Source: a virus (lineage: Duplodnaviria > Caudoviricetes). Taken from it: 55,953 bases of DNA. The translations under genes were made by a program, and so were the position numbers. This document shows positions 1 through 8,569 of the stretch, in pieces (positions within the stretch are counted from its first letter, which is position 1; each line of letters begins with the position of its first letter). Under the pieces are notes generated by a model. It did not search any database. It was given only the letters and a program-made list of their open reading frames with translations, and had not been told where the DNA came from. Where the stretch lies: the IMG/VR virus record IMGVR_UViG_3300009136_000007, positions 1 to 55,953 of that record, one strand, 5' to 3'.

Positions 1-9
1 ATCAAAGAG

Positions 10-152
10 TGGCCGTAATAAGTTTGCAAGAAATATATAGAAAAGAAGAGCGAAGTGCAGAGTTTCTACGGAGTGCTATACACAAGGTGCATTACCTTGA
101 GTTTGTTGTAGGACGGAGTCTACTCTTCCGATTCTATTTCAAGATCAGGCCA
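10..152 (-). ncRNA. Candidate structured non-coding RNA (~143 nt) or structured 5' leader
   Basis: Minus strand folds into a closing helix (UGGCC/GGCCA; AUAGAA-GGAAGAGU/GCUCUUCU-UUCUAU) enclosing several hairpins (CAAGGU/ACCUUG, GUAG/CUGC, GAC/GUC). G-U pairs favour the minus strand. It begins just downstream of the class E motif at 166-197. Confidence 0.5.
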
Positions 153-165
153 ATATGTTTTATTA

Positions 166-197
166 GATTATCTTACGAGTGTAGTAGTTAGTCTGTA
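166..197 (-). promoter_or_regulatory. Putative early promoter, class E (variant copy)
   Basis: Minus strand TACAGAC-N4-TACTA-N9-GATAATC, same spacing as the copies at 470, 51217 and 55485. Confidence 0.55.
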
Positions 198-418
198 ATT
201 AATACAGATCTAACACTCACTGGAATACTACTTGAAGATGTATATGATTTATACTTTTCCCAGCAATTCATAGCATTTAGCTTTTCTTTCATAACTTCAT
301 ATGCTTCATCATGCGCATACTTCGCAGTCTTTCCATTCTTGAATGTTACTTCAATAATAGTGTTAGTGTTGATTAGAGATTTTCTGACTAAGAATCTTTT
401 TGATTGTAGAGTTTTCAT
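188..418 (-). CDS. Hypothetical early protein (76 aa)
   Basis: Clean ORF with AT-rich leader, directly downstream of the class E motif at 470-501. Confidence 0.75.
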   Translation of the reverse strand: MKTLQSKRFLVRKSLINTNTIIEVTFKNGKTAKYAHDEAYEVMKEKLNAMNCWEKYKSYTSSSSIPVSVRSVLITD

Positions 419-469
419 AAGTAAAATATTTAAAGTTATTATTAAGTTAGTATTAATTAGTTACATAGA

Positions 470-501
470 TATTATCAATGTGATATCGTAAAAAGTTAGT
501 A
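470..501 (-). promoter_or_regulatory. Putative early promoter, class E
   Basis: Minus strand TACTAAC-N4-TACGA-N9-GATAATA, intergenic, about 50 nt upstream of ORF 418. Confidence 0.7.
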
Positions 502-686
502 TAAAAAAAGATAAATAAAATGTTAAAAAGATATTGTGTAATGTATTGGAAATCAAGTATATATATGCAAAAATCTTAAAAAACAAGGGGGGCCCGTAAT
601 TTGAAAACGTAAAAGGTAAAACGCTGAAAACCAGGAAGTTAGGGGGCAACGCTATGGTTCCCTATATCTAATAAGTTTTAAAAACA

Positions 687-731
687 GTGACATAAGCCTG
701 TTAAGGTTATATAGTAAGGGGCTATTGTCAC
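687..731. repeat. Imperfect 45-bp palindrome (operator/origin-like), copy 1
   Basis: GTGACATAAGCC...GGCTATTGTCAC; homologous to the inverted copy at 54091-54134. Confidence 0.7.
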
Positions 732-767
732 ACTTTTAGTATTGTTAAACCGTAGTTGCAAGAACAA

Positions 768-796
768 GTAAATAACCGCTTTTTCGTGTAAGTATA
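768..796 (+). promoter_or_regulatory. Putative late promoter, class L
   Basis: GTAA-N16-GTAAGTATA at the head of the structural arm. Confidence 0.6.
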
Positions 797-822
797 TAAT
801 GTATAACACTAACATTAATACT

Positions 823-1419
823 ATGGCTTATAAAAAAGAAAGTCCGATATACATGTATGCTAATACAAATAGTATGGACGAAAAAAACAAAGTTGGACCT
901 AAGGTAGGTGGTTCAGTAAGTGGTAAAACATTTTCAAAGAAAAGAATACAGGAATACAAAGATAGAAACTGGGCTATGGATCACACGACCCATTCTGCAA
1001 TTGCAGCCCCAAAACCACCACAGGCAAAGAACAATATTACGCCGACACCATATTTTCCTGATAACAAAGCTAAAACCCCTGAAACTAAAGCTACTAAAGT
1101 CGAAGCTACTGAAGTCAAAGCTACTAAAGGTTTGGTAAAGCAAAAAGCTAAAGCTATTGAAACTGTAAAGTCAACAAGTATAACAGGAGTAGCTCAAAGA
1201 CCAAAAGCAGAGTCTATTAAGTTAGCGAGCCCAAAGCAAGGATTAGTAGGTAAAAAAGATACAATAGTCAAATCAAAGGCTCCAAAATCTACAAAACTTA
1301 CTAGATCTCAGAAATTAAGAGCTAAGGGAGAAGAGGCTTTAGCTAGTGGTAATAAATTAAAAGCTAGAAGAATCAGAAAAAGATACGATAGAGCAGTTGC
1401 TCGTGAAGCTAAAAAATAA
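823..1419 (+). CDS. Lys/Ala-rich basic protein (histone H1-like composition), probable virion core protein
   Basis: ORF 799-1419; ATG 823 preferred because it lies downstream of the class L motif. Contains SPIYMY and a 15-bp tandem repeat (KATKV/EATEV) at ~1081-1129. Confidence 0.7.
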   Translation: MAYKKESPIYMYANTNSMDEKNKVGPKVGGSVSGKTFSKKRIQEYKDRNWAMDHTTHSAIAAPKPPQAKNNITPTPYFPDNKAKTPETKATKVEATEVKATKGLVKQKAKAIETVKSTSITGVAQRPKAESIKLASPKQGLVGKKDTIVKSKAPKSTKLTRSQKLRAKGEEALASGNKLKARRIRKRYDRAVAREAKK

Positions 1420-1424
1420 TAACG

Positions 1425-1697
1425 ATGGGTAAACAGAAGTTATCACCTAAAGCTTCAGCAGCTAAAAAGAAACGCGACTTAGCAGCAGCTAATTCAGATG
1501 ACAGGAAAGCTAAAAGAGCTGACAGTCAGAAGAAGCGTAGAGAAGCTACTAAAAAGCATGGTGCAAACTGGCTGAAAGGTAAAGACTACGATCACAACAC
1601 CGGAAAATTTACATCGGCAGCTCACAACAGAGGCGGGACACAGTGTAGGAGTAAAAAAGATGGTACAAAAGCAGAAAAGAAACAATCAAGAAAATAA
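1425..1697 (+). CDS. Small basic protein with a minimal HNH-like motif
   Basis: KGKDYDH...HNRG motif; very Lys/Arg-rich. Confidence 0.6.
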   Translation: MGKQKLSPKASAAKKKRDLAAANSDDRKAKRADSQKKRREATKKHGANWLKGKDYDHNTGKFTSAAHNRGGTQCRSKKDGTKAEKKQSRK

Positions 1698-1700
1698 GAC

Positions 1701-3080
1701 ATGGCAGATATATCAACATACAGAGTAGTCACACCGAAAGCTAGTGACATAGTACTAGGTACACAAACCTACAAAGCTACCGATCCTAACCCTATTATAG
1801 GTAACCCAACAGTTAACTTCACAGTATCGTCGCTATTAAGTTCAGGTATATCTAGTTATATAAATGGTACAGTTAATACTATACCGATATTCACTAGTAC
1901 AAACGTTATAGGTGATTCTATAATAACTCAAAACGCTAGTAAAATAGGTATCGATGTTACAGTACCTAGTTATAAGCTATCTGTACAAGGAGATATTTCA
2001 TTAGTTGGCGGTGGAGAAAACTACGGTATACTATCACCAATTAGTCAGGGTATGCAAATCGCTGTAGGAGATGGGGCAAGTGTATCAACACCTCTAGCTA
2101 CTTTCGACGGGGTAAACCAAAGAGTAGGTATTGGAACTAATACACCAACACAAAAATTGCATGTTAATGGTGCTGCTAGAGTAACTGGTGGGTACTACGA
2201 CTCTAGTAACTCACAGGGAACTTCTGGTCAAGTCCTATCTTCCACTGGTACTGCAACTAGTTGGATAGATGGTTCAGCAATACCAGGTGCTTTATCTGGC
2301 TCTGGAACCGTTAACCGTGTACCTCGATTTACAGGTTCAGATATTTTAGCTAATGGATCTATTTTAGATAATGGTACAAACGTTTCTATAAGAGACACAT
2401 CTAATTCCCCCGGCTCTAATGTTTTAACAGTTAGCTCACAGCTAGGTGTTGGGTACGATGGTATATTTATAAAAGATCCTTTTGCTGGTACAAACCGTTT
2501 TGTTAGCTCTAATAACCCAATGTTGTCACTAGGTACTTCTACAGATAACGGTGCTACCGCAGCTATTTATTTAGGTAAAAGCGCTACAGCTGATGGGCAA
2601 GATGCTAAGATAGAGTACAACACCGCATCTGGTAGCTTTGGTAGCTTAAGTGTTTTCTTCAAAGGGCAAGGAACGTATAGAAAGCACCTTGAATTCGGTA
2701 ACATTAGCTCTTCTACTCCTAGATCAGTATTCTTTGGAAATGTTGGTATAGGCACAACTTCACCTGCATCACCACTAGATGTAACTGGAGCTGTAAAAGT
2801 AAGAGGTCAGATTGAGGTACTTGCTGGGAATAATAAAGTTTTACAACTTTTCTCTTCAGGAGGAACTGCAGCTTATATAAACACTGGAAGTTCTGGTGGA
2901 ATTATTCAGTTTGGAGCGCCTGCTTCAAACGTTACTAATATTAATGTTCAGGGTACATCATCTGCTGAAGAATTAGAAAGCACAGTATCTGCTAACGGTT
3001 TAATACTTAAATCACCAGACGGTACTAGATACAGAGTTACAGTAGCAAACGGAGGGACGTTGAGCGTTTCCGCAGTATAA
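1701..3080 (+). CDS. Tail fibre protein
   Basis: G/S/T-rich, with xVGIGTxxP repeats, GTxNxxPxFT repeats and C-terminal LKSPDGTRYRVTVANGG. Confidence 0.85.
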   Translation: MADISTYRVVTPKASDIVLGTQTYKATDPNPIIGNPTVNFTVSSLLSSGISSYINGTVNTIPIFTSTNVIGDSIITQNASKIGIDVTVPSYKLSVQGDISLVGGGENYGILSPISQGMQIAVGDGASVSTPLATFDGVNQRVGIGTNTPTQKLHVNGAARVTGGYYDSSNSQGTSGQVLSSTGTATSWIDGSAIPGALSGSGTVNRVPRFTGSDILANGSILDNGTNVSIRDTSNSPGSNVLTVSSQLGVGYDGIFIKDPFAGTNRFVSSNNPMLSLGTSTDNGATAAIYLGKSATADGQDAKIEYNTASGSFGSLSVFFKGQGTYRKHLEFGNISSSTPRSVFFGNVGIGTTSPASPLDVTGAVKVRGQIEVLAGNNKVLQLFSSGGTAAYINTGSSGGIIQFGAPASNVTNINVQGTSSAEELESTVSANGLILKSPDGTRYRVTVANGGTLSVSAV

Positions 3081-3100
3081 ATTAAATAAAACATCGATAA

Positions 3101-3805
3101 ATGCCAATAATTAGTTCTTATCCATATGATATAACGATTCAAGACAACGATGCTTGGATAGGTACTGACTCTACTAATAGGCAAACCAAACAGTATACTG
3201 CTAAAGCTGTAGCTAACTACCTAAACACTAATGGTAAGGTTTCAGTTGGTGGTCAAATGGTATATAAATTTTCTACCATACCATTAAATGAGTTTGGTAC
3301 TTTTGCTTTACCATCTGGAGGAGGTAGCGGAACAGGTTTTTCTGCGATATCTACATTAAAAATATCAATAACAGAAAAATCGGGGCAAAATGTTGTACCT
3401 TGGTTAGAATACTTGGTGGGTGATCAGGTATTGATTAGTTCCCAAGAAGAGGTTGGTTCCTTTGGGCATTACACGGTTTTATCTTACTCAGTAGATTCAG
3501 GCAATAGCTCTTTCTACAGTTTAGAGCTAGGCTATATAGGGGGCAACGGAAATATAATAGCCGATAAATATTACGACATTATTAATTTTGCTTTATCAGG
3601 TGACTCCAGCGATAAAACATTTGTGTATAACCAGGGCACGCCTTCAGCTGTTTGGACCATACAACATAACTTAGGTAAATTTCCTTCAGTAACAGCTGTA
3701 AACTCAAACAACATACAGGGTTTCGGAGAAGTACAATACATAGACTCAAACAATTTAACAATAACTTTCTCAGCAGGCTTCTCAGGTAAGGCCTACCTGA
3801 ATTAA
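3101..3805 (+). CDS. Tail fibre anchor/adaptor protein
   Basis: N-terminus paralogous to ORF 1701 (ISSY...D...GT...T); C-terminal WTIQHNLGKFPSV domain. Confidence 0.7.
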   Translation: MPIISSYPYDITIQDNDAWIGTDSTNRQTKQYTAKAVANYLNTNGKVSVGGQMVYKFSTIPLNEFGTFALPSGGGSGTGFSAISTLKISITEKSGQNVVPWLEYLVGDQVLISSQEEVGSFGHYTVLSYSVDSGNSSFYSLELGYIGGNGNIIADKYYDIINFALSGDSSDKTFVYNQGTPSAVWTIQHNLGKFPSVTAVNSNNIQGFGEVQYIDSNNLTITFSAGFSGKAYLN

Positions 3806-3824
3806 ACTAAAAAAAACAAAAAAA

Positions 3825-5246
3825 ATGGCAATTAACTTTTTAAACAGCATTGATCTTAATCAACTAGAGTTGATTCACGCAGCAATAGAAAACCAAGCTA
3901 CAGATGCTCTCGCTGGTACCGGTGTAGACGGTCAACTGTATTACAACACAACTGATAACGACTTAAAAGTATGGACTGGCTCAGCGTGGTCTACAATCGT
4001 AACAACTGGATCTGGGGATGCAGTAGAATCTATAACAGGAGGTGATGGTATTGCTGTAACTGGTACAGCTGCCGTTCCTATAGTAAGCGTAGATTATGCA
4101 GCAGGAGCTGATAACTTAATTTCCGCAGCAACATTATATTCAGCTGGTACGATTCCAGTAAGTGCATACACGCCATATATTTTAGTATCCAATGATACCC
4201 CAGGTGTTGCAAATGACGAGGTTCTAAAAATAAGACTTCAAAACATACCACTTGATCGCTTTGGAGTTCCAACGAACAACGTGGCTTTTAACAGCAAGAA
4301 AATAACTGGTTTGGCGGACCCAACAGGTACTCAAGATGCTGCTACTAAAGCTTACGTCGATGCTGCTACAGTTGGTGGTCTTATTTATCAAGGAGGATAC
4401 AATGCTAGTACCAATGCTCCAAACCTAGATACAGCTGTTAGTATATCAGCACTTGGTAGCGGTAGTGGATCATTCACCGGTACAGTAGGTACTTCAGGTG
4501 GTTCTGGGGTTGGAATGACCGTGTTTGCTCAAACAAATGCATCTGGTGCACTGGTTTTAGCTAGAGTAGTTAACGGTGGTACTGGTTATACAGCTGGTGA
4601 CACAATACAAGTTGTAATAACAGGACACACGGGCCAAGGCATAACCGTTAGTTCTGTACCTATTGCTAATATTGAAGTAGGATGGACTTACACTGTAACA
4701 ACTGGCGGTTACTTTTACAATGAATTAGTAGCACCTGGTGATGTGCTTATAGCGGAGGTTAACGTTCCTACAGAGCAAGATGCTTGGACTAAGGTACAGA
4801 ACAACATCGACTTAGCTTCTTCTGTTCAAGTAGGTATTGGAAACGTGGTAACTGGATCTAGTGGAACTATAACTGCTCCGTACACGAATGGTACAGCTGC
4901 ATTAGATGTTGTTGATTCAAATCCTTCTCAAAAAGGTGCTGTTATCGTTGCTGGTGGAACTGGTATTGGTGTTACTTATTCAAGTGGTACAGCTACTGTT
5001 AATTTAAATAAAATATCATTCACTAACACAGGGCCAGCAACAATAGGAACAAGTTACGCTATACCTGGTTCTACTCACCTTTTAGGAAACGACTCATCTA
5101 TTATAATGGTTCAATTAGTAGAAGTTGCAACAGGTGAAACAGTACATGCGGATGTAACTAGAGGAGCTACTGGGTTAATAACCATAACGTTTGCTGAGAA
5201 TCAAGCGGTTAACGCTTTCAGAGCTTTATTACAGAAAATAGTATAA
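3825..5246 (+). CDS. Tail fibre protein
   Basis: G/T/S/V-rich with KITGLADPT..QDAATKAYVD, a trimeric fibre neck motif. Confidence 0.8.
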   Translation: MAINFLNSIDLNQLELIHAAIENQATDALAGTGVDGQLYYNTTDNDLKVWTGSAWSTIVTTGSGDAVESITGGDGIAVTGTAAVPIVSVDYAAGADNLISAATLYSAGTIPVSAYTPYILVSNDTPGVANDEVLKIRLQNIPLDRFGVPTNNVAFNSKKITGLADPTGTQDAATKAYVDAATVGGLIYQGGYNASTNAPNLDTAVSISALGSGSGSFTGTVGTSGGSGVGMTVFAQTNASGALVLARVVNGGTGYTAGDTIQVVITGHTGQGITVSSVPIANIEVGWTYTVTTGGYFYNELVAPGDVLIAEVNVPTEQDAWTKVQNNIDLASSVQVGIGNVVTGSSGTITAPYTNGTAALDVVDSNPSQKGAVIVAGGTGIGVTYSSGTATVNLNKISFTNTGPATIGTSYAIPGSTHLLGNDSSIIMVQLVEVATGETVHADVTRGATGLITITFAENQAVNAFRALLQKIV

Positions 5247-5266
5247 TTAAAATTAAATAAAATTAA

Positions 5267-7567
5267 ATGGCAATAAAATTCTTAAATACTGTTGATACTG
5301 ACGTTGCTTTTGTTTCTAAAGGTGGAAGCTATAGCGCCACAATTGATACAAAAACAGACGTTGCTATCTCGGTGCTTCAAAATAATAAAATTTATAGCGA
5401 AACATCAAGTGGTTACTTGAGAAATTTAATGTACCATGATTCAAATGGATCTATTCAGATTGGCCAAGATGGTACGGCGTTAATAACTGATATAATTATG
5501 AAGCCAGGTACTTCTGGTAACGTGATTTTTAGAACACAAAGCAACTCAGAGACAGTGCGTATCAGTAGTAACGGCAACGTCGGGATCGGAACGACTAGTC
5601 CTGGGTCTAAATTAACTGTTGCCACTTCCATGCTATCTGGAGGAACGGATTTTGATTTTTTACAATTAGCCTTTAACGGTGGATGGATTGGAAATGTAGG
5701 GGGTTTAGCAGCTATTAACTTTACTGACAGTATAACATCAACCAATACAGTAGGAAGAATTGGCGTTACATATACCGGAAGTCAAGGTAAGTTTGTAGTC
5801 ACAGATTTATATTCTGGAGGATATGGTGCAAGCGGCGACGTTTTTACAATACAAGCAGATGGTCAAACCTATATTAAAGGTAACGTAGGTATCGGCACGA
5901 CTAGTCCTAGCCAAAAACTTGAAGTCGACGAAGGATATATAAACGTTACTGGTGCTGGAACATCACATGGGTACGAACTAGAAAGAGATGGTTTTGATAC
6001 ATATAGGCTTAGGCATTTAGATGGTGGACTTACTATATATAATAGTACTGACGCCAGAAAAGAAATGACATTTGACGGCGCTGGCAACGTCGGCATCGGG
6101 ACGACTAGTCCTTCGCAAAAACTAGAAGTTAGTACTGACGCAGAAATAGTTTCTAAATTCGTAGGTAATACAGACGACGGAACAGGCTTTGTTGGAGCTG
6201 TTGTAGAAATCGAAACAAATAATGACGCTAGGGGTAGGGGTATATATCTAACTCATAGGGATAGTAGTGATACTAGCGATAGCGAGTGGTATATGGGAAC
6301 ACCTTACAATGGAGGTGGTCTTAGTATTGGTAATGCAGCTTATGGCACATCGGTAAACTCAGCTACAGGACCAGCCCATAAAGACCAGTCAAAACTATTT
6401 GTTACAGAAGCTGGCAACGTTGGGATCGGGACAACTACTCCTGATGCGAAGTTAGATATTTCTCAAGGCGCAGGAGGAACAGCACAAAACGTTATTAATT
6501 CTGGTGAAGTAGCTTTTAGGTTTTCTACTAAAGTAGAAGATACTAGTATTAATACAGCTGTATTTAGACAAGGCATATACTATAATAATGTTGAAAACGC
6601 AACAATAGCTTTTTATAGAGGAAGTAGCACTGTTGGTGGTTTCTTGACATTTACCACAAATAATGGTAACGAAAGAATGCGTATCACCAGCGCAGGTAAC
6701 GTCGGCATCGGGGATACTAGTCCTAGTTACCCGTTAGCGGTAAATGGAACTTCTGCTGCTAATAAATTCTACGTTCCTAACGTTACAGCCACAACCGCTT
6801 GGGCATTTCAAGCTAGAAACAGCGCTAACACAGCAGACAGCGGATTATATTTTGAAAACGGAGACGCTCAATTATTACTTAGAGATGATTCAAATAATCT
6901 TAATGTTAGAATAAATGCAGATACTAATAGCTACATTAATGGAGGTAGCTTAGGTCTAGGAACTACCAGCCCTAACTTGAAACTTGATGTAATATCGGGA
7001 ACCAATAATGGTATTAGAATATCAGCAACAGATACTACTAGTAACTGGAGAGATATTGACATAAGATCATACGTATCGCAGGCTCAGGCAAATGCTTTGC
7101 CAGACGGGTCAGCCATATACACTACAAACCCAGCGTCTCAAACAGAAACGGCTTTTTCTAAATTTGGTGGATTAGTTCTTCAAGGTAGAGATGACGGTAA
7201 CTCTAGTTTCGCTATTAGATTAGGTAACGGTAATGGCTACGCTACTAGAATGTTCATGGGCGCAACTGGTGCTACTGTTTTTTCAAATACGGTTACAGCT
7301 ACAAATTTCATATTATCCTCAGATGAAAGACTAAAAGAAAATGTTGAAAAAGTATGTGATAATAGAGTTAAAGCAGATTGGAAAACTTTTGAATTAAAAA
7401 CAGAAAAAGGAGAAAAAAGATACGGAGTTATAGCTCAAGAGCTAGAAGAAAACCATCCTGAATTTGTTAAAACAGACGATGAAGGCTTTAAGTCAGTAAA
7501 GTATATAGATTTATTAATCGCTAAGATAGCTGAGTTAGAAGCAAGATTAGAAAAACTAGAAAAATAA
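5267..7567 (+). CDS. Tail fibre with C-terminal intramolecular chaperone (Peptidase S74)
   Basis: Six GNVGIGTTSP-type repeats; SSDERLKENV autocleavage motif, GVIAQE and a terminal coiled coil. Confidence 0.9.
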   Translation: MAIKFLNTVDTDVAFVSKGGSYSATIDTKTDVAISVLQNNKIYSETSSGYLRNLMYHDSNGSIQIGQDGTALITDIIMKPGTSGNVIFRTQSNSETVRISSNGNVGIGTTSPGSKLTVATSMLSGGTDFDFLQLAFNGGWIGNVGGLAAINFTDSITSTNTVGRIGVTYTGSQGKFVVTDLYSGGYGASGDVFTIQADGQTYIKGNVGIGTTSPSQKLEVDEGYINVTGAGTSHGYELERDGFDTYRLRHLDGGLTIYNSTDARKEMTFDGAGNVGIGTTSPSQKLEVSTDAEIVSKFVGNTDDGTGFVGAVVEIETNNDARGRGIYLTHRDSSDTSDSEWYMGTPYNGGGLSIGNAAYGTSVNSATGPAHKDQSKLFVTEAGNVGIGTTTPDAKLDISQGAGGTAQNVINSGEVAFRFSTKVEDTSINTAVFRQGIYYNNVENATIAFYRGSSTVGGFLTFTTNNGNERMRITSAGNVGIGDTSPSYPLAVNGTSAANKFYVPNVTATTAWAFQARNSANTADSGLYFENGDAQLLLRDDSNNLNVRINADTNSYINGGSLGLGTTSPNLKLDVISGTNNGIRISATDTTSNWRDIDIRSYVSQAQANALPDGSAIYTTNPASQTETAFSKFGGLVLQGRDDGNSSFAIRLGNGNGYATRMFMGATGATVFSNTVTATNFILSSDERLKENVEKVCDNRVKADWKTFELKTEKGEKRYGVIAQELEENHPEFVKTDDEGFKSVKYIDLLIAKIAELEARLEKLEK
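5573..6724 (+). repeat. Five dispersed 30-bp repeats encoding GNVGIGTTSP
   Basis: Copies at 5573, 5879, 6083, 6413 and 6695; approximate consensus GGYAACGTCGGSATCGGGACGACTAGTCCT. Confidence 0.85.
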
Positions 7568-8133
7568 TGAGTGTACCTAATACAACAACATTCGATTTAC
7601 AAACAGTTGTAAATGTAGTGAATTCAACAACAGATGATTTAGTTGATTGTTTTGCAGACGCTGTAGCTAGTAAGTTTGACTCTAACTATGGGCCTGGAGA
7701 TGAAAGCAATTTGTTGCAATTTAGAAATTATGATGCTGGAACAACAAATACCTTGGTAATCTCTACACAAAGTATCGGGGATTTTAATTACGCAAATATA
7801 GGTAATTTTAGCGATGGTACTCAAACTATTAGTTACACATGGAAGTATGTTCAAAAAATATCTGGTACTGGAACTGTTACTATTAGTTACGATGGTGTAG
7901 CAAGGGCTGAGGGATATACAACACCTACTATAACTGGATCTATAAATCAAATAGGAGGTAGTAATACCGCTGGAAGATTTTTTCCTCGTAACACTTTTGA
8001 CATTTCGCCAACTAACAGCGATTGGGAAGCGGAATTTGAGTTCACCTTACTTATAACAACATATGATACAGTTCCAACAAGTCCAGATAATAAAACAACT
8101 TTTACTACTTACATTGGCGATGCGCCGCAGTAG
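7567..8133 (+). CDS. Putative fibre-tip adhesin
   Basis: Translationally coupled (TAATG) to the S74 fibre; short N-terminal docking segment followed by a beta-rich domain. Confidence 0.55.
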   Translation: MSVPNTTTFDLQTVVNVVNSTTDDLVDCFADAVASKFDSNYGPGDESNLLQFRNYDAGTTNTLVISTQSIGDFNYANIGNFSDGTQTISYTWKYVQKISGTGTVTISYDGVARAEGYTTPTITGSINQIGGSNTAGRFFPRNTFDISPTNSDWEAEFEFTLLITTYDTVPTSPDNKTTFTTYIGDAPQ

Positions 8134-8159
8134 CTTAATAAATAAATAAATAAATAAAA

Positions 8160-8510
8160 ATGGCAATTACTTACAAATGGGATATCCCAACAATGAATGC
8201 TCACATTCAATCACAAGGTGAAGACAATGTAATCTACACAGTGCATTACAGATACACAGGTTCTGAAGAATCAAATGGTAAAACTTATTCATCAACTAAT
8301 ATTGGTACTCAAAGCTACACTTACGAAGCTGGAACTCCTTTTACGCCTTACGAAAACACTGAAGCTTTTGAAGCTATAGTTGTCGGGTGGTTAGAAAGTT
8401 CTTTAGATGTAGATCAAATGCAAGCTACTATAAATGCAGACATACAGTCTCAAATCGAGCCAGTTAACGAAGATTTGTATTTTACTTGGCAAAACCCACC
8501 AAGCGTGTAA
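8160..8510 (+). CDS. Tail-fibre-associated small acidic protein (assembly chaperone-like)
   Basis: MAITYKW...VIYTVHY...FTPY..W pattern; last gene of the fibre cassette. Confidence 0.6.
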   Translation: MAITYKWDIPTMNAHIQSQGEDNVIYTVHYRYTGSEESNGKTYSSTNIGTQSYTYEAGTPFTPYENTEAFEAIVVGWLESSLDVDQMQATINADIQSQIEPVNEDLYFTWQNPPSV

Positions 8511-8535
8511 AAAAGAGTAATTTCAAGTGATGATA
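8507..8535 (+). promoter_or_regulatory. Putative late promoter, class L
   Basis: GTAA-N16-GTGATGATA, 35 nt upstream of groEL. Confidence 0.65.
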
Positions 8536-8569
8536 TAAATATATCAATTAAATTAAATCAAATTAAATT

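Noticed and set aside
9-191. 60-aa + strand ORF
   Set aside because: GTG start, odd composition, antisense to the class E promoter and to the structured RNA candidate.
461-649. 62-aa hydrophobic - strand ORF
   Set aside because: A by-product of A-rich intergenic DNA, and it overlaps a promoter motif.
1081-1129. 15-bp tandem repeat as a CRISPR-like or regulatory array
   Set aside because: It is an in-frame coding repeat (KATKV/EATEV) with no spacers.
1425-1697. Mobile HNH homing endonuclease
   Set aside because: Only 90 aa, with a collapsed HNH loop and no separate DNA-binding domain; more likely a basic virion or packaging accessory protein.
5267-8133. Diversity-generating retroelement or invertase shufflon acting on the fibres
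   Set aside because: No reverse transcriptase, TR/VR pair or site-specific recombinase in the window. The repeats are direct and in frame.
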